Of a stretch of DNA of 64,000 nucleotides, positions 19,059-28,409 are shown piece by piece (position 1 is the first letter of the stretch; the number at the start of each line of letters is the position of its first letter). The DNA is from a virus. Made by a program: the position numbers and the translations under genes. The notes under the pieces were generated by a model, which saw nothing but the letters and a program-made list of their open reading frames with translations, was not told the DNA's origin and did not search any database. The DNA lies in the UHGV virus genome UHGV-1493261, one strand, 5' to 3'.

Positions 19059-19255
19059 GACAATACTCCTTTCAGAGCTAAAACGGAAAGCACACCAATA
19101 ATCAACACAATCGGCCTGATATAATAACCCGTTTTAGTTTGCTTCAAGATACATGGAGAGGAGAAGCGCAGATATGGATCCCCTTTCCGGTAGCCTGTGA
19201 TTGTAACCTTCTGCACTTTATAAGGCACTTTTTGACCAGAAAAATAAATTTTCAT
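19055..19255 (-). CDS. Hypothetical small protein with C-terminal TM helix
   Basis: 66 aa; ends [18 protein letters not shown]. Confidence 0.45.
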   Translation of the reverse strand: MKIYFSGQKVPYKVQKVTITGYRKGDPYLRFSSPCILKQTKTGYYIRPIVLIIGVLSVLALKGVLS

Positions 19256-19812
19256 ATTTCAATCCCCAGATTGGTGTATAACAACTCAGACAGGGTTACA
19301 GGGCGCTTGAATTGTTCCCAACTACAGTTCAGGTATTCACGTTCTTCACGCATTTCACTGTGAAGATGACCATGGATATTATACGCCCAGCGGTCTAATT
19401 GATAAGGAACGTGAGTGGTCAACACACGACCAACCGGAGTATCACGCTCATACATCGCACCAAAGGAGCTAATCCATCCCTCTTGATACAGCTGCATCAA
19501 CATCTTGAAGCTGTCATGGTTGCCTTGCGCCACCCTGATGATAAAGTTCGGACGCCAGTCATCGGGAACCGGGCGGCGCTTGAACTCATCAATATTCCTC
19601 TTGGCACCCTCGCGCATCAGGCGAATGAACCCCTCAGCCCCGATGAAGCAGATGTCCCCAGCCAGTTCAAGGACGTCTCGGGACTTCAGCCCCTGAAAGA
19701 TACTGTCGATAACTGCAGCATCATGTGCCTCTTGGGTATCGAACCCACGGGGATTGAAGATCTTCTTGTGCCCAAGGTGGGTGTCGCCCAGATACTTTAC
19801 AATTCCTGCCAT
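19252..19812 (-). CDS. Calcineurin-like metallophosphoesterase
   Basis: Motifs GDTHLG, GNHD, GHLH. Start set at the internal ATG (MAGIVKY) that overlaps the upstream stop by 1 nt. Confidence 0.7.
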   Translation of the reverse strand: MAGIVKYLGDTHLGHKKIFNPRGFDTQEAHDAAVIDSIFQGLKSRDVLELAGDICFIGAEGFIRLMREGAKRNIDEFKRRPVPDDWRPNFIIRVAQGNHDSFKMLMQLYQEGWISSFGAMYERDTPVGRVLTTHVPYQLDRWAYNIHGHLHSEMREEREYLNCSWEQFKRPVTLSELLYTNLGIEI

Positions 19813-20153
19813 TATGGTTTCCTCAACCATTCTAAAATCGGTACGTTCACAAACCCTTTATGCCAGCGATGGGGTTTATGGCCTCTGTTGTGTTCGAGCA
19901 AACACGTGTCCGGTGGGACACTGAAGTGGATGCCGTCGATGTCGTAGTAATGCCCATCAATCAGAGTATACACATGACCTTCGGTCTGACTGTAATGGAT
20001 CTCTGCTTGAGGGTACACGTGCTTCAACAACAGAGCGACCTGGTAACACTTCCCGTTCTTCCCCACATACTCGACATCCACCTGTTGTGGAAACACATCT
20101 TTGACAAGGTTTATCAATCTCGTGATGTCATTTACGACAACCGAACGTTTCAT
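19812..20153 (-). CDS. Hypothetical protein
   Basis: Start moved to the internal ATG (MKRSVVV) preceded by GGGAGAGGTGAT; 113 aa. Confidence 0.5.
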   Translation of the reverse strand: MKRSVVVNDITRLINLVKDVFPQQVDVEYVGKNGKCYQVALLLKHVYPQAEIHYSQTEGHVYTLIDGHYYDIDGIHFSVPPDTCLLEHNRGHKPHRWHKGFVNVPILEWLRKP

Positions 20154-20205
20154 ATCACCTCTCCCGAGGATTCGTTGGTGAACCAATGATACTCTATCCC
20201 GGATA

Positions 20206-20228
20206 TAGAAAAGCCCCTCACGGGGCTT
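20206..20228 (-). terminator. Intrinsic terminator
   Basis: Minus strand reads AAGCCCC-GTGA-GGGGCTTTTCT; overlaps the stop of gene 20218-20520. Confidence 0.5.
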
Positions 20229-20520
20229 GATCGTCTTCATCAGGGAATATACGCCATCGACCTATTCCATACCACTCACCGATAGAGTTCCACGTCCTTT
20301 CCCCAGGCCAGCCACCGACCGAGTAGTAATGCGCCACCAGCCGCCAGTAAGGAAGAGAGGCCGTGTTCACGCCGCCGTCGGCCTTTAGGCAGGCCAAGTA
20401 CCAATTCGTGAGACTGAACGCCTGAAATAACGGATGAAGGAACATGAAGTACAGGTAGCCCAATATGGCTGTGAATACCCCAGCTGTTACGATCACACCG
20501 ATGACAGTGAATACAATCAT
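20218..20520 (-). CDS. Hypothetical membrane protein
   Basis: 100 aa with two hydrophobic helices. Confidence 0.5.
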   Translation of the reverse strand: MIVFTVIGVIVTAGVFTAILGYLYFMFLHPLFQAFSLTNWYLACLKADGGVNTASLPYWRLVAHYYSVGGWPGERTWNSIGEWYGIGRWRIFPDEDDQAP

Positions 20521-21149
20521 CCCACAACCTCCAGTCCCATCAGATCTTCCATGGTCTTCTGAATACGCAGCCAGTCAAGCGCAGCGTCATAACGAGGGTC
20601 GTGATAGACCATACCTTCCAGTTCCCACGCCTTGATGCCAGCATACCGATCCTGCTGTCCAACACCCTTCAGCCAACTCACGATGTCGAACGTGTGGTGG
20701 TAATCCCATGGCTCGTTGGAGTCCTGCTTACACGTCACTTCAATGATGTGCTGAGCCTTGCGTAGATCGAACAAGTTACGGTCACACCAGTCAACCGAGC
20801 GCGGGTCTACCCCAAGACGATGACAACCCTTGCGGATTTCATCGGCCAATTGGAAGATAGAGATGTCATCTTCCTTGGGATACAGACTGACGGCGCGAGC
20901 CGCATCACACGGGTTGCGCTTGCCCGTGCCCAGCCACCATTCAACTGTCCCAGCGTCCTTCACGCGACCAAGTTCGAGCTGCTCTTTGACATTCAGCTTA
21001 ATGAACGTCGTGCGCTCCTCAACCAGCTGCTGAAGAGTATAACGCTTGGTCAGGTCGGCGATGGTGTGTGCCCAAGACAGCATGACTGCATCATCCCAGC
21101 GCCCCAGGGTTTCGCTGTCGGCCACAGCCAAAAAATTTGATTTATACAT
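20517..21149 (-). CDS. DEDDh-type 3'-5' exonuclease (DexA-like)
   Basis: 210 aa. Exo I AVADSETLG (D-x-E); Exo III YHDPRYDAAL (H-x4-D). Confidence 0.6.
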   Translation of the reverse strand: MYKSNFLAVADSETLGRWDDAVMLSWAHTIADLTKRYTLQQLVEERTTFIKLNVKEQLELGRVKDAGTVEWWLGTGKRNPCDAARAVSLYPKEDDISIFQLADEIRKGCHRLGVDPRSVDWCDRNLFDLRKAQHIIEVTCKQDSNEPWDYHHTFDIVSWLKGVGQQDRYAGIKAWELEGMVYHDPRYDAALDWLRIQKTMEDLMGLEVVG

Positions 21150-21393
21150 GTTTATTCTCCCAACACTTTATTTTGGCTTTTACTGTATAATAATTTTCAT
21201 CAATGAACTTTTTGTTGACGCGCTTAATTTCTATCTCTGGGCAAAGTAACCCTATAGTTTCCCTCAAAATCTGGCTCACCCTGGCCTGTGAAATACAATA
21301 AATTTCTGATACTTCTTTCGAACTAGATCCAGACATGACAAGTTTTAGAATATTGACCTTTTTATAAAATTCTTGATCAAACGCGCATATCAT
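21142..21393 (-). CDS. Small HTH protein (sigma-70 region 4 / LuxR-type helix-turn-helix)
   Basis: 83 aa; SSKEVSEIYCISQARVSQILRE resembles sigma region 4.2 / LuxR HTH. Gene is markedly AT-rich versus its neighbours. Confidence 0.45.
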   Translation of the reverse strand: MICAFDQEFYKKVNILKLVMSGSSSKEVSEIYCISQARVSQILRETIGLLCPEIEIKRVNKKFIDENYYTVKAKIKCWENKHV

Positions 21394-21396
21394 TAT

Positions 21397-21996
21397 TCAC
21401 CCCTCCTCGTCGATGATTTCTTGCTCATCTTCGACAATCATGATACCTTCTGTGTCTAGATGAGAAAGTTCCATCAGATCATCATCGAATCCGTCTCCTT
21501 CCCTGATATAGAAGACTGGGACGACACGGCGGCGGGTCTCTTCATACACGCTTTCAGAGATTCGATTGATATGGCGCACTACACTGTAGAGGTTCAGGCC
21601 ACCAATACCACAGCCGATAGCAGGCAGGCCGACATAGACAGTTTCGTCTTTAGTTGCTTCCACAATTTCATGCACCTGCTCAAACAGGGTCTGAACAGAA
21701 CTGATGACTGACGGCATTCGAGCGTTCGGGCCTGGATAAAACTGAGTGTAGAGGTTCGCACCCCAGACACCAGTGCTATGGTCAAATGCATAGGACATGC
21801 CACCCAGGCGTTGCTCTGGACCACGAGGGTCGTTCGCATCGACTTCGCGCAGCGCTGGGAAGTTGTTGCCGATGTGCAGGGCAATACCCGCGCCCATGGT
21901 AGACCAACAGTTGGCACCGTGGGCAAAGATGTCGATCAGATTGAAGCTACAGGCGGCTTTCAGTAAATCGCCGCCATTGATTACATAGGCTGTCAT
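21397..21996 (-). CDS. Macro-domain (ADP-ribose-binding/processing) protein
   Basis: N-terminal INGGDLLKAACSFNLIDIFAHGANCWSTMGAGIA parallels the macro-domain GD-x7-DAIVNAAN-x5-GGG signature. Start set at the ATG forming an ATGA overlap with the upstream stop. Confidence 0.5.
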   Translation of the reverse strand: MTAYVINGGDLLKAACSFNLIDIFAHGANCWSTMGAGIALHIGNNFPALREVDANDPRGPEQRLGGMSYAFDHSTGVWGANLYTQFYPGPNARMPSVISSVQTLFEQVHEIVEATKDETVYVGLPAIGCGIGGLNLYSVVRHINRISESVYEETRRRVVPVFYIREGDGFDDDLMELSHLDTEGIMIVEDEQEIIDEEG

Positions 21997-22235
21997 GCGT
22001 ACTGTCTCCATTCAATAATGCTGTTGTCAACACATGACACCTGGATGATGCCTGTGCGGTGGTGATAATCAGTCATCTGCATGATAAAGTTGTTCCCATT
22101 GCGGATAATGGTGTTGACAACGATACCCTTGGCAGCAAGGCGTATTACAATGGCAGTGCAAAGGCGGTCCATGTAACCGGACACAGAACCTGGTTCGAAG
22201 CATCGCTCGAACAGATTTTCAAATTCTGGGCTCAT
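21993..22235 (-). CDS. Hypothetical protein
   Basis: 80-aa ORF translationally coupled to the macro-domain gene. Confidence 0.5.
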   Translation of the reverse strand: MSPEFENLFERCFEPGSVSGYMDRLCTAIVIRLAAKGIVVNTIIRNGNNFIMQMTDYHHRTGIIQVSCVDNSIIEWRQYA

Positions 22236-22253
22236 TTGATGTTACCAAACAAG

Positions 22254-22275
22254 GGGTCGAGGCGGTAATAATACC
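22254..22275 (+). terminator. Hairpin + T-run (plus-strand orientation)
   Basis: GGCGGTA-ATAA-TACCGCC followed by TTTTTCTTC on the plus strand, inside a minus-strand gene block. Confidence 0.35.
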
Positions 22276-22285
22276 GCCTTTTTCT

Positions 22286-22696
22286 TCAATAGAGGTCTTC
22301 TGAAAAGAGTTCGCGGAAAGGGGTTGTCTTCAGGCGCACCTGATTGATCTGCCCAGCTTCACGGGCTACGATGCATGCCTCTTCACGAGTGAGGAAGTTG
22401 CCCTGGTTGTCGATGAATCCCTGTTCGCGGGTATGGGTGGATTTAATGACGCCTGCTTCTTTCAGGATCTTGAGCTGGCTGTTCATGAATCGGCTGTGGT
22501 GACGGTCGGCAACGACGATTACATCACCATATTTGTTGGCAGCAGCGACCACACGGCGCTCCCAGGCACCTTCGACAGGAAGTTCACGAGTGTACAATGG
22601 AATCATCGTATCACCGATGTCATCCCCCTTCACCTGTGAGAACAACTTGCCTTCAGTGCCCGTTGGGAGTTCACGAAAATATCCCAGTAATTTCAT
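22286..22696 (-). CDS. Hypothetical protein
   Basis: 136-aa ORF. Confidence 0.5.
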   Translation of the reverse strand: MKLLGYFRELPTGTEGKLFSQVKGDDIGDTMIPLYTRELPVEGAWERRVVAAANKYGDVIVVADRHHSRFMNSQLKILKEAGVIKSTHTREQGFIDNQGNFLTREEACIVAREAGQINQVRLKTTPFRELFSEDLY

Positions 22697-22698
22697 AA

Positions 22699-22977
22699 TC
22701 TATTCAATCCAAATTTCAGGTTCAGAGATGTCAACCATATCCACTGTCTGGTTCTTCAGATCATGGAAACAGTCGCCGAGGAATTGTATTTTGCCGTCGG
22801 TCAGGAACAGATGGCAAATGATGCTGGATCAGTTGCATTCACCAGCAGGCTCGGTGTGAACGTAGGCTCAATAACATTGTTGTTCCACGACCACATCGGA
22901 CCTTGGGTTTCGCCCTTAATGCGATATAGATGAAGTATACCACACCCAGGACAATGAAAATACAAGGAATCATCCAT
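22699..22977 (-). pseudogene. Candidate frameshifted small Cys-containing gene (Zn-ribbon-like)
   Basis: 58-codon ORF (MDDSLYFHCPGCGILHLY...AICS, stop at 22801) is followed in the -1 frame by a 35-codon open stretch without a start (…LTDGKIQFLGDCFHDLKNQTVDMVDISEPEIWIE) ending 2 nt before the next gene. Confidence 0.3.
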
Positions 22978-23012
22978 AGACAGAAGTTTAGGGCTCAGAA
23001 GCTATGTTATGA

Positions 23013-23300
23013 TCAACCATCTACAGTGGCTTCAGGATCGTAGGGGCGCAGTTCACCAACCAGTTTCGGAAAGAGTGCAAGCCCGAACAGGTTGAAAGAA
23101 CGCATAGTGCCTACCATTGCAACATCTTCCCCTTCCTCGATATCTTTCAGGGCGCACATTGGATAATATTCATCGACCTCTGGGTCTTCCGTCTCACCAT
23201 AGAGACCAAACGCCACCTCCTCTTTGATAAAGCGAGGAACCAGGAAATCAAATAGGATAATGATGAATACTATAGGTGCTGCAGAACGGAAATAGAACAT
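23013..23300 (-). CDS. Hypothetical membrane protein
   Basis: 95 aa with N-terminal hydrophobic segment; GGAGGG RBS preceded by a GGAGGGG-CGAA-CCCCTCC hairpin. Confidence 0.5.
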   Translation of the reverse strand: MFYFRSAAPIVFIIILFDFLVPRFIKEEVAFGLYGETEDPEVDEYYPMCALKDIEEGEDVAMVGTMRSFNLFGLALFPKLVGELRPYDPEATVDG

Positions 23301-23341
23301 AGCACAACCCTCCAGGTGAGGAGGGGCGAACCCCTCCGATG

Positions 23342-24673
23342 CTATAGGCCAAGAGCCTTTTCAAGGTCATTAAGGTCTTCAGTGTAAAGATCGATGTCCT
23401 CTTTCTTACTTAATTCCTTGTGCTGTGCTTCAAGGTTCTCAATCTGCTTCAGTAGGCGCTCACGGGCGTCCAGAGTAATAGACGACAGAGGCATCTTGAA
23501 CAACTCGTCAAGATCACCACCAAAGTCCGGGTAGTCCTGCATGAACAGAGACTTCAGCACGTCAATCTTTTGGCGGAGATCAACACGCGTCGCCCATTCA
23601 ATGAACACCGCCCGGTCACCCAGCTTGCGGATCCTGTCTGCCATGTCCTTCAACAGATACTGGCGACGGTCTTCGTACCGTGACAGGCGATAATTGAAGA
23701 ACGGCAGCAACATGTCCCGCCAACCAGAATAACGATGAATAACACCGTCTTCATCCCAGGCCGTCCAAACAGGCTTGGTGGCTGAATACAGCTTGAACAT
23801 CTGCTCAACCTGCTCGTCACTCAGCTTAGAGAGTTCGCCGCGCTTAAACACAACCGTGATATCCCAGCCATCTTCGGTCGTGTCGTTGGCGTACTCGGTC
23901 AGGATACCTGCCTTATACAGAGGCAACAACACCTTGGTCTCATAAGTCTTGGCGAACCAACCCACTGGGACTTCGGTGATATGCAGGGTCGTGGCATTGA
24001 CCCGACGGAAGATACCGCGACTGTATGCTCTTCCTTCCTCAGTATAGCCTGTCTCCCCTTTGTAGCCGTTCCAGTACGGTTTTAAGTCTTTCGGGTCTTC
24101 GCCACGGAGAAGCGCTCTCAGGGCACTGAGCACGGACTTAACGCAATGACACGGGGTGTCGGTAGAATATCCGGTGCCGATACCATTGATCCCATTCACC
24201 AGGAACATGGGTAGGATGGGCAGAAAGAACTTCGGCTCCAGTCTTTCTTCACCAAGGTAGTTGTATTCCAAGATACCCTCATCCTCCTTACGGAAGATCT
24301 TGCGGATAACATCAGATACAGCGACGGATATGTATCGGGCAGATGAAGCATCACGCCCCATGATAGAACCAAACTGGCCATCGCGGTCAAAGTACGGGAT
24401 GTTGTTCGTGCCTGGGAACCCCTGAGCCATGTTCACGATAGTGCCGCTCATGTTCTCACCACCAGACTTGTAGTTGGTGCGAGCGGCGGCGAACATACCA
24501 AGGCGGTCAACGATCTCCTCCTTGTTGTACTCAAGAGCAGCAAAGAGGATCTTGCGCTGGCTTGGCTTGAGGCTGTCAATCAGCTGAGGGATTTGACGGA
24601 TGCTGTTGACCACAGAAAACTGCTTATGGTCAGTGTTGACAAAGTCCGTTACAGTAATGCTCTTGGCAACCAT
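23342..24673 (-). CDS. DNA topoisomerase II medium subunit (T4 gp52-like)
   Basis: Collinear with T4 gp52: LKPSQRKILFAAL vs FKPVQRFVIARAL; active-site Tyr context ARYISVAVS vs SRYIFARVS; KFFLPILPMFLVNGINGIGTGYST vs AFYLPIIPTVLLNGVSGIATGYAT. Start set at ATG 24673 (ORF-track TTG at 24736 not used). Confidence 0.85.
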   Translation of the reverse strand: MVAKSITVTDFVNTDHKQFSVVNSIRQIPQLIDSLKPSQRKILFAALEYNKEEIVDRLGMFAAARTNYKSGGENMSGTIVNMAQGFPGTNNIPYFDRDGQFGSIMGRDASSARYISVAVSDVIRKIFRKEDEGILEYNYLGEERLEPKFFLPILPMFLVNGINGIGTGYSTDTPCHCVKSVLSALRALLRGEDPKDLKPYWNGYKGETGYTEEGRAYSRGIFRRVNATTLHITEVPVGWFAKTYETKVLLPLYKAGILTEYANDTTEDGWDITVVFKRGELSKLSDEQVEQMFKLYSATKPVWTAWDEDGVIHRYSGWRDMLLPFFNYRLSRYEDRRQYLLKDMADRIRKLGDRAVFIEWATRVDLRQKIDVLKSLFMQDYPDFGGDLDELFKMPLSSITLDARERLLKQIENLEAQHKELSKKEDIDLYTEDLNDLEKALGL

Positions 24674-24674
24674 C

Positions 24675-25124
24675 TTACCCACGATAACCTCCCACTTCAT
24701 ATGGATCGACAATGTAGTCCACAATCCAAGTTTCAAGTTTTACCGCCAGAGGAGATTTGTCTTCTTCATCCAGGGTGTAATATCTTTTGCCAGTACCCTT
24801 CAGTGGGTCGTACACAACAAGTTTTTCATGACGAGTGTCTAAGATGATCTGGTGCAATAACCCTGGCGTTGCTGGACTTGGCACGCAAAGCAGATAAACA
24901 TAATCATGATAGATGGTGGCAGTTTGGTTGATCCCTTTCCCTTGCAAGAACGGAACCCCTTCCATACAAAGAACGTCACCAATCGTGGTTTCCCAATTCG
25001 CGAAACTTTCATGCCATATTTCAGCAACCTCGGCGACCGGACGCTCAAGTAACATCGCCAGGCACGTTGACATACACGTGTCTTTTGTTGGCTGCATCTG
25101 ATGAGTTAGTGGATATTCCATCAT
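24675..25124 (-). CDS. Hypothetical protein
   Basis: 149-aa ORF between the two topoisomerase subunit genes. Confidence 0.5.
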   Translation of the reverse strand: MMEYPLTHQMQPTKDTCMSTCLAMLLERPVAEVAEIWHESFANWETTIGDVLCMEGVPFLQGKGINQTATIYHDYVYLLCVPSPATPGLLHQIILDTRHEKLVVYDPLKGTGKRYYTLDEEDKSPLAVKLETWIVDYIVDPYEVGGYRG

Positions 25125-27031
25125 TCATCCTCGGTTTCAAATAGACAAACATCGCTAAACCAGGTTTTGCGGTAATCGGCGGCCTCATCACCGAAGCCAT
25201 TCTTCAGTGACTGTTGATAGCCATCGTCCAGCGTGACCGTCGTAGTATACGCATCCAGGTTGTTTAGAATACGCTTGAAGTCTTCAGTGCTGTTGCCACC
25301 CAGACCTTTCAGATATTTCTTCTTCGTGATCTTCTTGGCATCGGGGGTCTTCAGGAACTCCTCATACTCGGTGTTGTTCATGAACTCATGCATCACCTTA
25401 CCACACCACACGCGCATATAAGGAGTACGCAGCAGCTTCAGCCTGCCCTGACGGACGTACTCTGGCCAGAACGTACAATACAGGGTGATCAACAACCCAC
25501 GGATGTGAATGCCGTCGTCGTCCGCATCGGTAGCCACAACAGTCTGTGGGTAACGGCTGATGTCAAGGGGCTGGCCTGGTACTGCACCACCGTGGATGGT
25601 ACACAGATTCTTGAACTCTTCGTTTGCCATCACCTTTGAGCGCGGGGCGTTCAAACAGTTGATGAACTTACCACGAAGCGGGAACAACCCGATCTTCTTG
25701 GTGTCGCGGGCGTTCAGGATAGGATTGGAGGCACTATCACCCTCTGTCAGCAACAGGGAGCATCCGCTGCGGTCACCACGGGCGGTCGCCGGGTAATACT
25801 TCTCAATCTCACGATAATCCCGCTTGCTGATGTCCTTCTTGGCCTTTTCAAACTCAGCATCATCCTGCTCATTGCGCAGGGAAGCCAGTTCTTTACTCAG
25901 ACCAGCCGTAACGAACTCAAGCGCCTTGCGGATCAGTTTATCGCTGGGCTTGTACGACGTACCGAACTGGCTGACAGGAGTGGTCATGCGCTCCTTGGTC
26001 TGGCTGTCAAAGCGTGGGTTGTTGATGTCGGCAGCGATGAACAAGGACATGTGGTTCTTGATCATTGCTGGCTTCAGCTCGGTCTTGAACTTCTTCACCA
26101 GCTGGGGACGAATCGCTGCCACGATCTGGTCGGCAACATAATCAACGTGAGGACCACCGATGTGGGTGGCAATAGAGTTCACGTATGATGCGTGCATGAA
26201 CGTACCGGATGAAGGGGCTACAGCAACAGACCAATCCCCGGTTTCGTCAACAGCCGAGCCAGCATGGAAGTAATCAACGAAATGGCCAAAGCGGTCAATC
26301 CGGATTTGCTTCCCGTTGAGAACAATCTTCAGGCGCGGGTTACACGCAGCCACTTCAAACGCGCGGCGATAGATCATCAGCAGGTTGTTCTGGTCAAGTC
26401 CTTTGACGCCCAGGCGAGCATAGTCAGGGATCCAGGCGATGGATGTGCCAGGACTGTTCACGTTGCTGATGACTGGGTTAGATTTCTTGCTCATGTTATC
26501 TTCAAACGTCTGAGTATAAGACTTCTTGCCGTCATTAGTCGTGACGCGGAACCATTTGGAGAACACGTTGACGAGGGACGCCCCTTCGCCATTCTGACCA
26601 CCGGACTTCTGGTTGTTGTACTCTTCGTCTTCGTCGTTGAAGTTCGATCCCGCATATAGAGAGCCGAACAACATTTCAGGAAGCCACTCGTTGGTGACGC
26701 CATGCTTGACCACAGGGATACCCCCGTTGTCAGCAACGATGATTTGACCGTTCATCGGGGAAACTGTGACGGTGATTTCCGTCAGGGATTTGCCCTCAGG
26801 GGTCTTGCTGTGGTCAACACAGTTGGTGATGATTTCATCAAACTGTTTGATCAGCGCGGGGGAGTACTCAAAGTTGTCACGGAAGATGACTTTGTCCTTA
26901 GTTGGGTCATACACCCACACCGTCCCCACAGACGAACGAATACTGCCCAGATGACGCTCTGGGCGGAGTAGGATATGCTCAACGTGAGTGAGCTTCTTGT
27001 ACTTGCGTTCAATATCAATTTTGTTGGACAT
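25121..27031 (-). CDS. DNA topoisomerase II large subunit (gp39-like, GyrB-type ATPase + Toprim)
   Basis: 636 aa. GyrB-like N-terminus (LTHVEHILLRPERHLGS); Toprim LLTEGDSA. Confidence 0.88.
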   Translation of the reverse strand: MSNKIDIERKYKKLTHVEHILLRPERHLGSIRSSVGTVWVYDPTKDKVIFRDNFEYSPALIKQFDEIITNCVDHSKTPEGKSLTEITVTVSPMNGQIIVADNGGIPVVKHGVTNEWLPEMLFGSLYAGSNFNDEDEEYNNQKSGGQNGEGASLVNVFSKWFRVTTNDGKKSYTQTFEDNMSKKSNPVISNVNSPGTSIAWIPDYARLGVKGLDQNNLLMIYRRAFEVAACNPRLKIVLNGKQIRIDRFGHFVDYFHAGSAVDETGDWSVAVAPSSGTFMHASYVNSIATHIGGPHVDYVADQIVAAIRPQLVKKFKTELKPAMIKNHMSLFIAADINNPRFDSQTKERMTTPVSQFGTSYKPSDKLIRKALEFVTAGLSKELASLRNEQDDAEFEKAKKDISKRDYREIEKYYPATARGDRSGCSLLLTEGDSASNPILNARDTKKIGLFPLRGKFINCLNAPRSKVMANEEFKNLCTIHGGAVPGQPLDISRYPQTVVATDADDDGIHIRGLLITLYCTFWPEYVRQGRLKLLRTPYMRVWCGKVMHEFMNNTEYEEFLKTPDAKKITKKKYLKGLGGNSTEDFKRILNNLDAYTTTVTLDDGYQQSLKNGFGDEAADYRKTWFSDVCLFETEDE

Positions 27032-27080
27032 CGGCCTATCCCGTCAATGGTAAACACACAAGATTATGTATGGGGTCGGC

Positions 27081-27662
27081 TTATAGACCAAATTTGCTGC
27101 GCCACTTTTCAACCTTGTGTTCAATAGCGTGCTCCACTTTAATGCGAGTGGCCATCAAAGAGGAGCCACGGATCGCCCCTTCCCCACACCCCATGCGCGC
27201 AGCATGCTTGATTAGGTCATTGACAAGATGATCCAATCTGTCTTGACTGCGATAAGGCTGGTTGCACAATCGGATAATCCGGCCATGATAATGATGGATA
27301 AGATTCAGATGCTTTTGAGGATCACGATCAATCAGACGGAACCAGTCTTCTTCCAACAGATTAGAAGAAATATCGTTCACCGTCGCCATGTGGTTGATGA
27401 CAGAGTCGATCATTTCGACCTTGTTCAGAGAGCCGCGCATTTGGACGTCGTCATAATCCATGACGTACATAAGGTCAATGGCAGAGATAATGACATCAGC
27501 AACTTCGCCATTCAACGGCTCGGAAGATGCTATGCCATGAAACACATCAGACAGTTCACAGATCTCTTCACCTAGTTTGTTCAGAACAAACACAGGCGAA
27601 CGGTCTGGGGTATGAGCAGTGCAGTCATAAGAAGTGTCGACGATAGTGTGTAGAAATTTCAT
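27081..27662 (-). CDS. MazG-like nucleotide pyrophosphohydrolase
   Basis: 193 aa; LNKLGEEICELSDVF matches the MazG E-E-x-x-E-L core. Confidence 0.5.
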   Translation of the reverse strand: MKFLHTIVDTSYDCTAHTPDRSPVFVLNKLGEEICELSDVFHGIASSEPLNGEVADVIISAIDLMYVMDYDDVQMRGSLNKVEMIDSVINHMATVNDISSNLLEEDWFRLIDRDPQKHLNLIHHYHGRIIRLCNQPYRSQDRLDHLVNDLIKHAARMGCGEGAIRGSSLMATRIKVEHAIEHKVEKWRSKFGL

Positions 27663-28162
27663 TTCAAAGTTCCTTGTATGCGGAGACGATTAATGTGGGC
27701 AATGATATAGTCCATAGAGTTTTGAAAACTGTATTTCCCGTTCCGAACATATGCATGGATCAGGGGTAGGCGACTGTAAGCCAATCTGATCTTCAGACGT
27801 TCAGGCATTGTCTGGAGTTTCATGCTAGTTGCAAATAGGATATTGCGCTTGAATTCTTCGGTAGACGGGTCCAGGACAATGACGCGGGAAGCCGCCAATC
27901 CCTGTCCATATTGCTTGGCCTCATAACCGTCGAGCAGGCGCAGGTTGTCATCCCTATACTTCAGCCAATACCAGTACCCCTCCATGGAGTTAAACACACC
28001 ATGTTCATGGGTAGTCATTGGATGATGGGTAAAATGCGAGAGGAAGCGCCCGAGTTCCGTCTGGCTCCGGCTGTAGATGTTGAAGTGATTCTTACCCTCT
28101 GTTGCAGGGGTCATCTTGTTCTGTGGAACGTTCATTAACAGCATCATGATGTAGTTTCTCAA
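27659..28162 (-). CDS. Hypothetical protein
   Basis: 167-aa ORF. Confidence 0.5.
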   Translation of the reverse strand: MRNYIMMLLMNVPQNKMTPATEGKNHFNIYSRSQTELGRFLSHFTHHPMTTHEHGVFNSMEGYWYWLKYRDDNLRLLDGYEAKQYGQGLAASRVIVLDPSTEEFKRNILFATSMKLQTMPERLKIRLAYSRLPLIHAYVRNGKYSFQNSMDYIIAHINRLRIQGTLK

Positions 28163-28189
28163 ATCAAAGTATTGCTGTGTGCAGCCAGT

Positions 28190-28387
28190 TTATTTCTTCA
28201 CACACCCCAAATAGGAGCAGAGTAAACCGACAACAGAAAATATAATGGCAAGAAGGTAACGAGTTACCTGCATTTGTGGTGTTGTAAGCAGGCCGATAAC
28301 GCTTTCGAGCGCCAGGAACAAACACACCCCAGCGACTACACCGAATTTGAACGAATTACGTTCTCTGTTAATTCTGAACTTGTACAT
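28190..28387 (-). CDS. Small two-TM membrane protein
   Basis: 65 aa with two hydrophobic helices and a basic C-terminus. Confidence 0.45.
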   Translation of the reverse strand: MYKFRINRERNSFKFGVVAGVCLFLALESVIGLLTTPQMQVTRYLLAIIFSVVGLLCSYLGCVKK

Positions 28388-28409
28388 TGCGCACCTCCTG
28401 TTAGGGAAA

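Noticed and set aside
25121-27031. Separate gp60-type small topoisomerase subunit
   Set aside because: The large subunit ORF already carries the Toprim region, so it appears to be a fused 39+60 form; the 149-aa ORF between the topoisomerase genes has no matching motif.
28190-28387. Calling the 65-aa two-TM protein a holin
   Set aside because: Size and topology fit, but no endolysin or spanin is adjacent and it lies in an early-gene block; left as a generic membrane protein.
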